Assembly (NCBI GenBank): GCA_035631915.1 | Contig: DASQHV010000186.1 | Coordinates: 1-25,663 of the forward strand | Length of the DNA: 25,663 nt | DNA from: Candidatus Acidiferrales bacterium | Lineage (GTDB): Bacteria > Desulfobacterota > Binatia > Binatales > Binataceae | Direction of reading: 5' to 3' | In this document: positions 1 to 7,076 of the stretch, piece after piece | Layout: the number at the start of each line of letters is the position of its first letter | Numbering within the stretch: the first letter of the stretch is position 1 | Translations under genes and position numbers: made by a program | Notes under the pieces: model-generated | The model's database searches: none | Told to the model about the DNA's origin: nothing | What the model saw: the letters and a program-made list of their open reading frames with translations, nothing else

Positions 1-1
1 C

Positions 2-2278
2 ATGAGCCCGGCGCCGCCAGTATCGCAGTCGGCACAATCGCGATGGCAGTGGTTTGCCGCGTGGCTCGGCGTGGCTATCGTCTCGATGCTGGCGATTCGC
101 CGGCTGCGCGACTTCCCGGCGCATCTGAGCTGGATCGACGCGTACGTGGGTATGCGCGAAGTTCTGCCCCAGACTGCGTGGGCCGCGCTCAAAGTCTGGA
201 CGTTCTGGGGATGGAGCGCGGCAGTCATCGCAGGATTCACGCTCAGAGCAGACCCTGAGATCGAACTCTCGGATGCGTTACTGGCCGGCGCGGTCGGACC
301 GTGGCTCGTCGCGTATCTGCTGGGCAACCTGCTCGGCCCGATCGGGCTGTTCAACACGCCGACGGTGTGGGGACTGCTCGCGCTCGGCACGGTTTACCTG
401 TGGCAACATCCACCGGTCGTAAAGTTCGGGCGGTGGAGCTCGGGACAAAAGCTGGCGGCCCTAGCGGTCGCGCTGCTGGCGATTTCGTATCTGCCGCTGC
501 AGCTTGGATCGCCGGTCGCGCCGTTCATGGACGTGCTTTCGTACCCGTCTTCCGCGCAGAGAATTCTCACCTTCGGAAAATATCTGCCATTCAACAACGA
601 TCCCTACGGATGTTGGGGGCCGTATGCACAGACTCCGGCGCTGGAGTTGTTCTACACGATGCTCGCGCTGGGCAGTCACACGCGGCTGGCGACGCTGGCC
701 GAGACCGGCGCGATGTTGCCGATGGCGGCGTTGATAATTTTCGCCACCTACCGGCTCGGCAAGATGGCCTTCGGCGATACGGCGGGCGGGATGGCGGCGT
801 TGATGCTGTTTGCGACGAGCATGTTCCGGCGTGCGCAGGGGATGCGTGGCACCGCAGTTGATTTCGCGCTGGTCGCGATCGGGCTGGCATTCTTTCTCAA
901 TCCGAAGCGGTCGCGCGTGCTGGTCGCGATCGGTGCGATGATGCTCGGCACGGCGGTCGCATCGCATGCGATCGACGGCGCGTTCGCGTTGATCGTTGCG
1001 GCCACCGGAATCGCGTACTGGCTCCTGGAGCGCGACTACGCCCGCGTCGAGGCAACGGTGCTCGCGTTGGCGGGGGCACTCCTGATCGCGTCGCCGGAAT
1101 TCCTGATCGGGATGGTGCGGCCGGTGCCGTATCCGTCGCTGCCTATGTTGCAGATCGTAGGCGTTGGTTTGATTGTACTCGGTGCGAGACGCATCCGGCC
1201 CGACAACCTTCCACAATCGCGCGAGGCCGGCGCTGCGTCGTGCGCGTGGCTGAGCATCGGCCTTTTCGCCGTCTTCATTTTTGCCGTTTTGTATCGCAAC
1301 TCGGTCGAGCCGTTCTCGGTTTACTCGAAGATCGCGGCGAACCTGCCGATGCTGTCGCTGTACTGCTTTGTCGGGCTGATCGTCGCGATCGGAATGCTGT
1401 GGACCGGCGAGGGAGGTGCGACGCCGTACGCGGGATTCATCGCGCTAGCGCTGTTGCTCGGAATCGCGGTGGAGTTCGCGGGGCCGATACTCGACAAGTT
1501 CTCGCGCGACGCCGCGTCGGGAATGATTGTCGCGGACATCAACACCAAGGTCTGGGAATATTGGTGCCCATACTTCCTGACGCTGCCGGCCGGGCTGCTA
1601 TTTGGCGCCGCGTACGATCGATGGTCGAAGCCGGCGGTGCTGTTCGCAGTGCTCGCGCTGCTGATCTATCCGTGGAACGTGCTCAAGGAACCAACCGACT
1701 ACGACGCCAACGAGCATTCGATCGCGGAAAACTGGGCGTTCAATCTTTCGACCGCGGGGCAGGGCTACTGGCTGGGCCACGTCGATCGGCATTGGACGTT
1801 CGGCAGTGAGGACCGCCCGCTAATCGCGAAGCTCGAGGACGAAATCCGCGCCGGGCGAATCACGCTCGACACTCACATCCTTCATCTCTGCGACACGATT
1901 TCGTCGTGGACGCTGGTGCAGTTCGCGGTCGTCACGGGAATCAACGACGACCCGATCGAGTATCAGCACGATCCCAACAACCAGTGGGAGGGCGGAAGCC
2001 GCGTGCGCGGGCTGAACGATCTGAACGCAGCGCTCGCGTCGCGGCCGCCGTACATCCTGGTGCAGTCGGCGCCGCCGGGGGCGCTGGGCGATCCGCCGCA
2101 GGGATACGAATTGATTCTGACCAGCGGATATATCCGGCTGTATCGACGCAAAGATTTGACCGCGTCGCCGTCACGGGGCATCGGCGCATATCGATACCTG
2201 GTTGCGATCGCCGCGCTAGCGGGAGTCGCAATAGTGATCTGGCGGCGCAAGGACGGCGACGCGCGTGCGACCGCGTGA
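2..2278 (+). CDS. Large polytopic membrane protein, putative GT-C superfamily (polyprenyl-phosphate-sugar dependent) glycosyltransferase
   Basis: 758 aa ORF with many hydrophobic segments. After the first TM cluster there is a loop with a candidate catalytic Asp (PVAPFMDVLSYP), then a TM bundle, a soluble C-terminal domain of roughly 150 aa, and a final TM with a WRRK tail. The ATG is at base 2, so a longer upstream start cannot be excluded. Confidence 0.55.
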   Translation: MSPAPPVSQSAQSRWQWFAAWLGVAIVSMLAIRRLRDFPAHLSWIDAYVGMREVLPQTAWAALKVWTFWGWSAAVIAGFTLRADPEIELSDALLAGAVGPWLVAYLLGNLLGPIGLFNTPTVWGLLALGTVYLWQHPPVVKFGRWSSGQKLAALAVALLAISYLPLQLGSPVAPFMDVLSYPSSAQRILTFGKYLPFNNDPYGCWGPYAQTPALELFYTMLALGSHTRLATLAETGAMLPMAALIIFATYRLGKMAFGDTAGGMAALMLFATSMFRRAQGMRGTAVDFALVAIGLAFFLNPKRSRVLVAIGAMMLGTAVASHAIDGAFALIVAATGIAYWLLERDYARVEATVLALAGALLIASPEFLIGMVRPVPYPSLPMLQIVGVGLIVLGARRIRPDNLPQSREAGAASCAWLSIGLFAVFIFAVLYRNSVEPFSVYSKIAANLPMLSLYCFVGLIVAIGMLWTGEGGATPYAGFIALALLLGIAVEFAGPILDKFSRDAASGMIVADINTKVWEYWCPYFLTLPAGLLFGAAYDRWSKPAVLFAVLALLIYPWNVLKEPTDYDANEHSIAENWAFNLSTAGQGYWLGHVDRHWTFGSEDRPLIAKLEDEIRAGRITLDTHILHLCDTISSWTLVQFAVVTGINDDPIEYQHDPNNQWEGGSRVRGLNDLNAALASRPPYILVQSAPPGALGDPPQGYELILTSGYIRLYRRKDLTASPSRGIGAYRYLVAIAALAGVAIVIWRRKDGDARATA

Positions 2279-2285
2279 CCGGCTG

Positions 2286-3983
2286 ATGCGCGCGCTACGG
2301 TCCGAGCCGGCGCTGGTCGCGGCCGGCGCGATATGTTTCGGACTGGTCGGCAGCTATCCGATGTTCGGTCATTGGCGCGATCGAGTTGCGATGTCCGACT
2401 GGGATTTCTGGATCCAATTGCAATGGGTCGCCGAGCGCACCATTCACCACTATCACCAGGTCCCGCTGTGGAATCCGTGGAAGTGCGGCGGGATGCCGAT
2501 GCTCGGGAATCCGCAATCGCATCTCGCGACGCCGTGGTTCGTCCTAACGCTGCTGTTCGGGCCGTTTGCCGGATTGCACATGGAAATCCCGGTGCACCTC
2601 GCGATCGCGTGGGCCGGCGGGTACGTCCTGGCGCGAGTGCTGAAGATCGGACCGCTCGGCAGCCTCGGCGCTGCGACGATGTTCGCGTCGAGTTCTTGGT
2701 TCTATCTGCGAGTGGGCGTCGGGCAGTTGTGGGCGTTCGGGTTCTGCTACCTGCCGTGGATGATGGCGAGCGTGACGATCGCGTCGGAAACGGGCGGTGT
2801 CGGATATATGGTGGGCGCGGGCGCTGCACTGGCGCTCGCGCTGCTGGAGGCGGGACCTTATCCCGTCGCGTTCGGCGTGTTGATGCTTGGAATCGTGCAA
2901 GTGGTCGTCGCGATCCAGCGCAGGAGTGCGCGGCCACTGATTGTTGCGGCGCTCGCGGTTGCATTCGCGATCGGATTTTCGGCGGTCAAGCTGGTCCCCG
3001 CGGCTATCGTCGCGAGTCAGCATCCACGTCCCACGCTCGAGGCCCAAATCAACACCGGCGAAGTGCTGAAGATCGCACTGTTCTCGACCACGCAAAACAT
3101 CTTCTCGGGCAGTCCCAACGGCTGGGGCAGTTGGGAGGAGGACGCGTACGTCGGCCTGTTTGCGATTCCCGCGCTGCTCGGCTTGATCGCATGGCGTCGC
3201 GCAATGCCGTGGATAGCGCTGGCGGCTGCGATGCTGTGGCTGGCGCGCGGCGACGCCGGCACCTTGCGGCTGTGGCCGATACTTCACTCCATGCCCGTTT
3301 TCTCGTCGCTCCGCCTGCCGTCGCGGTTCCTGGTGATCTTTGTGCTGGCCGTCGCGGTACTCGCGGGCTTCGGATTCGATTTTCTGAGCGAGGAGTTCGG
3401 ACCGACGGGGAGGGTCGCAGCGATCGCGATGCTCGTGCTCGCGTCGGTCAACTCGATGCTCGCGGGTCCGCCGACGCTCGACGCAATTCTCAACGTTCCG
3501 ATCCAACCGGGTCCTGCGCAGGCTTTTTTCTCACAGATCAGCCGCCGACAGGACAACAGCCAGATCGTCCCGACGCTTGAAAATCGCGGCGTGGTGCGAT
3601 GCTACGAATACACCGATTGGACCACGACGGTGCGCGCGTCGGATGAACCCGGCTATCGCGGCGAATACTACATGATTGGTCCGGGTGCGGTTCGCCTCGC
3701 GCGATGGACGCCAAATGCGCTGGAGTTCGACGTCGATGGGCCGCCGGATGCAGTGCTGGTCGTGAATCAGAACTACGATCTGTCGTGGCGCGTCACGTCG
3801 GGTCGCGGGACGGCCTTCTCAAATGACGGCTTGCTCGCGGTGCGAGTGGCCGACGGCAAAGGCAAAATCACACTCAGGTACATCAGCGTGCCCGTGATTG
3901 GCGGAGCGATTGTGACCGCGCTGACTATTTTCGCTGCAATTGCGCTCGTCAAACGAAACCGGGCCGGTCGAGCCGAGGTGTGA
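2286..3983 (+). CDS. YfhO-like membrane protein (putative GT-C glycosyltransferase)
   Basis: N-terminal DW...LWNPWKCGGMPMLGNPQ resembles the YfhO-type WNP-x(n)-GxP-x(n)-Q loop. Polytopic core. The C-terminal beta-rich domain (RWTPNALEFDV..VLVVNQNYDLSW..LLAVRV..ITLRY) is typical of YfhO-like C-termini and is followed by a last TM. ATG 2286 is preferred over GTG 2265. Confidence 0.65.
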   Translation: MRALRSEPALVAAGAICFGLVGSYPMFGHWRDRVAMSDWDFWIQLQWVAERTIHHYHQVPLWNPWKCGGMPMLGNPQSHLATPWFVLTLLFGPFAGLHMEIPVHLAIAWAGGYVLARVLKIGPLGSLGAATMFASSSWFYLRVGVGQLWAFGFCYLPWMMASVTIASETGGVGYMVGAGAALALALLEAGPYPVAFGVLMLGIVQVVVAIQRRSARPLIVAALAVAFAIGFSAVKLVPAAIVASQHPRPTLEAQINTGEVLKIALFSTTQNIFSGSPNGWGSWEEDAYVGLFAIPALLGLIAWRRAMPWIALAAAMLWLARGDAGTLRLWPILHSMPVFSSLRLPSRFLVIFVLAVAVLAGFGFDFLSEEFGPTGRVAAIAMLVLASVNSMLAGPPTLDAILNVPIQPGPAQAFFSQISRRQDNSQIVPTLENRGVVRCYEYTDWTTTVRASDEPGYRGEYYMIGPGAVRLARWTPNALEFDVDGPPDAVLVVNQNYDLSWRVTSGRGTAFSNDGLLAVRVADGKGKITLRYISVPVIGGAIVTALTIFAAIALVKRNRAGRAEV

Positions 3984-4018
3984 GAATTCGCGACGTGACT
4001 CGTTAAAGGTCTCTTACG

Positions 4019-4039
4019 TTGCTTGATTCGATCAGGCAA
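4019..4039. promoter_or_regulatory. Imperfect inverted repeat TTGCTTGAT-TCG-ATCAGGCAA upstream of dedA
   Basis: 9-bp arms with one G.T mismatch, read directly from the AT-richer intergenic region 3984-4101. Confidence 0.35.
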
Positions 4040-4101
4040 GCTAGGGGTGACTGGGGGAGGCCCGGCAACCGCCAATCGGGTTTCATTTTGCAGGATTTGG
4101 A

Positions 4102-4731
4102 ATGCATTGGATAACCGACCCTGCGCATATTTTGGCCTGGCTCGCGTCGTGGGGCTACCTGGGAATCTTTTTCTGCGTCTTCATCGGCAACCTGGGAATT
4201 CCGGTGCCCGAGGAAACCGTGATGCTGGTGGCGGGATTCCTCGCCGGCCGTGAACTACTCGACATTCGATTGGTGTACGTCGTTGTTACCGTCAGCGCCG
4301 TGACGGGTGACTGCTGCGGATTCGTGATTGGCCGCACCGCCGGACAGCGCGTGCTCGCGCGTCTCGCGTCGCGCTTTCAGTTCATGCGCACGCGCTACGA
4401 TCGGCTGCAGGTGTTCTTTCAAACGCACGGCAACAAGGCGGTCTTCATGGCCAGGTTTATCACCGGCGCGCGCTTCATGGCCGGGCCGATGGCGGGCGCG
4501 TGCGGAATGCCGTTCTTCAAATTCCTCGGATGGAACGTGCTCGGCGCGATCGTGTGGTGCTCGCTGGTCGTGACGGTCGGCTACCTGGTGGGCGACGAGT
4601 TGTATCAAGCCTTGACGATGGCGCATAAGGCGTCGCGATGGGTCGGACTGGCGGTCGTGCTGCTGCTGCTCGCATTGGCCGTTGCGTGGTGGAGAGACCG
4701 CCATCCAGCAGTTACGCGGCCCGAGCCTTAG
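4102..4731 (+). CDS. dedA: DedA family membrane protein
   Basis: Motifs LGIPVPEETVMLVAGFL, GDCCGFVIGR, FMARFITGAR and FLGWNVLGAIVW match the DedA/SNARE_assoc pattern. 209 aa. Confidence 0.92.
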   Translation: MHWITDPAHILAWLASWGYLGIFFCVFIGNLGIPVPEETVMLVAGFLAGRELLDIRLVYVVVTVSAVTGDCCGFVIGRTAGQRVLARLASRFQFMRTRYDRLQVFFQTHGNKAVFMARFITGARFMAGPMAGACGMPFFKFLGWNVLGAIVWCSLVVTVGYLVGDELYQALTMAHKASRWVGLAVVLLLLALAVAWWRDRHPAVTRPEP

Positions 4732-5431
4732 CGCGAACCGGCGGCGGGTCGCGATCGCAGCGCTTGCGATCGTCGCGTCCGGATGCCTGCCGCGCACGCG
4801 CCTCGCGGTGCACTATCTCCCCGGCTTCGTGCCTGGCTCTCAGAACATCTTTTCACCGGTCAAGATCGGAGTGCCGCCGACTGCGGGAAGTTTCAGTTCG
4901 GGCGCATGCGACGTCGGCAGCATCTACGACGTAAGCGGCGCGGCGCAGACACGACTCTCGGTCGCGGATCCGACGCGAGTGTTTTCGGATGCTCTCGTGA
5001 AGGGGTTGAAAGGCGCGGGACTCGAGCCGATTGCGCTCGATTCGATGCCGTCTCACGGTGTACCGCCGGAGGGTTCCGACTTCATCCTGATCTCAAGGCT
5101 CGAGAAGTTCGAAGTCGACAAGCGGTTCGGCGCCGAGGAAACCGTGCACGGTCAATACTTCAGCATGACGGCGGAGGTGCGCGCCAAGTTCGAGTTGCGG
5201 AGTCGCTCCGGCGACGTGCTTTACGCCGGCGTGATCGCGGGACTGGAGGACGAGCCGCCCGCGCCGGTCGGGCGCGAGGTGTTTCTGCCGCTCGAGACCG
5301 AGCCGGCAGAGTCGTTGTCGGTGGCGCTGTCGCGCGCGGTTGGTAGGTTGATAATCGAGCCGAAGTTCCGCGCCGCGCTGCCGTCGAAATGGGTGGAGAA
5401 CAAGCCCGCGACTCCCACCCCCAAGCGTTGA
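4682..5431 (+). CDS. Lipoprotein, YajG-like alpha/beta fold
   Basis: Basic n-region RRR, hydrophobic h-region and lipobox VASG-C (Cys codon at 4784). The mature part has a helix (VFSDALVKGLKGAG), three beta strands and a C-terminal helix (LSVALSRAVGRLIIEPKFRAAL), reminiscent of YajG. The start codon is uncertain; TTG 4682 overlaps dedA by 50 nt. Confidence 0.55.
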   Translation: MRGGETAIQQLRGPSLSANRRRVAIAALAIVASGCLPRTRLAVHYLPGFVPGSQNIFSPVKIGVPPTAGSFSSGACDVGSIYDVSGAAQTRLSVADPTRVFSDALVKGLKGAGLEPIALDSMPSHGVPPEGSDFILISRLEKFEVDKRFGAEETVHGQYFSMTAEVRAKFELRSRSGDVLYAGVIAGLEDEPPAPVGREVFLPLETEPAESLSVALSRAVGRLIIEPKFRAALPSKWVENKPATPTPKR

Positions 5432-5437
5432 TGCCGG

Positions 5438-7063
5438 CTACTTGCCCTTGCGGGCTTCCTCGCGCTTGCGCAATTCGACGCGGCGGATTTTCCCGCTGAC
5501 GGTCTTGGGCAACTCGTCCATGAACTCGATCTCGCGCGGGTACTTGTACGGCGCCGTGATTCGCTTGCAATGCTCCTGCAACTCGGCCGCCAGGCTCTCG
5601 CTGCTGACGACGCCGGGCTTCAGTTTGACGAATGCTTTCACCACCGAGCCGCGATCAGCGTCGGGACTCGCGACCACCGCCGATTCCATCACCGCCGGAT
5701 GCTCGAGCAGCGCGCTTTCCACTTCGAACGGGCCGATTCGGTAGCCGGCCGAAATGATCACGTCGTCGGCGCGTCCGACGAACCACAGGTAGCCGTCGCT
5801 GTCGCGCGTGGCCTGGTCGCCGGTCAGGTACCAATCGCCGCGAAAGACGCTCGCCGTCTCCGCGGGATTTTTCCAATATTCGAGAAACAGCGACGGCGGG
5901 CGGTCCGGCTTGACGCGCACCGCGATCTCTCCGACTTCGTCGACCTTCGCCTCGGCCAAGTCGTTGTCGATGACGCGCACGTCGTGGCCGGGGAACGGCA
6001 GACCCATCGAGCCCGCGCGAATCGGCATCCCCGGTAGGTTCGCCGCAAGGATCGTCGTCTCAGTCTGCCCGTAGCCGTCGTGGATGGTCACGCCGAGCCG
6101 CTCGCGCCAGACCTCGATCACTTCCGGATTCAGCGGCTCGCCGGCGCCGGTGCAGTGGCGCAGTTTCGGAAACGAGTACTTCGCGAGGTCCTCCTTGATG
6201 AGCATCCGGTACTCGGTCGGCGGCGCGCAGAAGGTGGTGATGCGATTGCGCGCGATTAGGTCCAGTTCGCGCGCGGGGTCGAAGCGCCCGTTGTACATGA
6301 AGGTCGTCGCACCGTTCATCCACGGTCCGAAGATCACGCCGTATGCGGCCTTCGCCCATCCGGTGTCCGAAGTCGTCCAATGAACTCCGTCGGGCGTGAC
6401 GTCGAGCCAGTTCTGTCCGGTGAATCGATGCGACCAGGTGTAGCCGTGGCTGTGCAGCACGGCCTTGGGTTCGCGCGTGGTGCCGGACGTGTAGTAGCAA
6501 ATCGCCGGGTCGCTCGATTTGGTGAGCGCCGGCTTGAACGCGGGCGACGCCTGATTCATCGCGTCGTGCAGGCTGGTCCATCCGGTGCGCGCGGCGCCGG
6601 CGATCAGGTAGTGCTTGATGGTGGGGCACTGCTTGCGCAGGTCGGCGATCATCGTGGCATTCTCGACGCTCGCAACGATCGCGCGCGCCTGGCTGTGATT
6701 CGCGCGGTACGCGAGATCCTTCTCGCGCAACATCGAGGTGCACGGAATCACGATCGCGCCGAGCTTCAACGCCGCGATATACACTGCCTGCCATAGCGTG
6801 ATGCGCGGCAGCACCAACAGGATCGGATCCTCGCGCGCGATGCCCAGGGCGGCCAGCGCGTTGGCGATGCGGTTCGACTGGTGCGCGATGTTGGCGAAGG
6901 TGAGGCGCGCGCGGCGGTGGTCGGCATCCTCCCACAAGATCGCGACGCGATTCGGGTTCTGCGCAAACTTGTCGATCTCCGCGCCGAAGTTGAAATACTC
7001 GGGCGGATTCCATTTGAAGTCGCGGTACGCGAGACGATATTGCTCGAGCGAGTCGGTGGTCAT
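5438..7063 (-). CDS. AMP-forming acyl-CoA synthetase, medium-chain/ACSM-like
   Basis: ANL-superfamily motifs YYTSGTTREPK, SDTGWAK (ACSM-type), AGEPL, GYGQTET, TGD, RADDVIISAGYRIGPFEVE and PKTVSGKIRR. 541 aa. Confidence 0.92.
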   Translation of the reverse strand: MTTDSLEQYRLAYRDFKWNPPEYFNFGAEIDKFAQNPNRVAILWEDADHRRARLTFANIAHQSNRIANALAALGIAREDPILLVLPRITLWQAVYIAALKLGAIVIPCTSMLREKDLAYRANHSQARAIVASVENATMIADLRKQCPTIKHYLIAGAARTGWTSLHDAMNQASPAFKPALTKSSDPAICYYTSGTTREPKAVLHSHGYTWSHRFTGQNWLDVTPDGVHWTTSDTGWAKAAYGVIFGPWMNGATTFMYNGRFDPARELDLIARNRITTFCAPPTEYRMLIKEDLAKYSFPKLRHCTGAGEPLNPEVIEVWRERLGVTIHDGYGQTETTILAANLPGMPIRAGSMGLPFPGHDVRVIDNDLAEAKVDEVGEIAVRVKPDRPPSLFLEYWKNPAETASVFRGDWYLTGDQATRDSDGYLWFVGRADDVIISAGYRIGPFEVESALLEHPAVMESAVVASPDADRGSVVKAFVKLKPGVVSSESLAAELQEHCKRITAPYKYPREIEFMDELPKTVSGKIRRVELRKREEARKGK

Positions 7064-7076
7064 TTCAATCGTAAGT

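Noticed and set aside
4031-4095. SAM-I riboswitch-like words (GACTGG, GCCCGGCAACC at 4060-4070, TGCAG) upstream of dedA
   Set aside because: I could not build P1 (AUC...GAU), the kink-turn P2 or the P3 partner strand, and dedA is not a typical SAM-regulated gene. An Infernal search with the SAM-I model would settle it.
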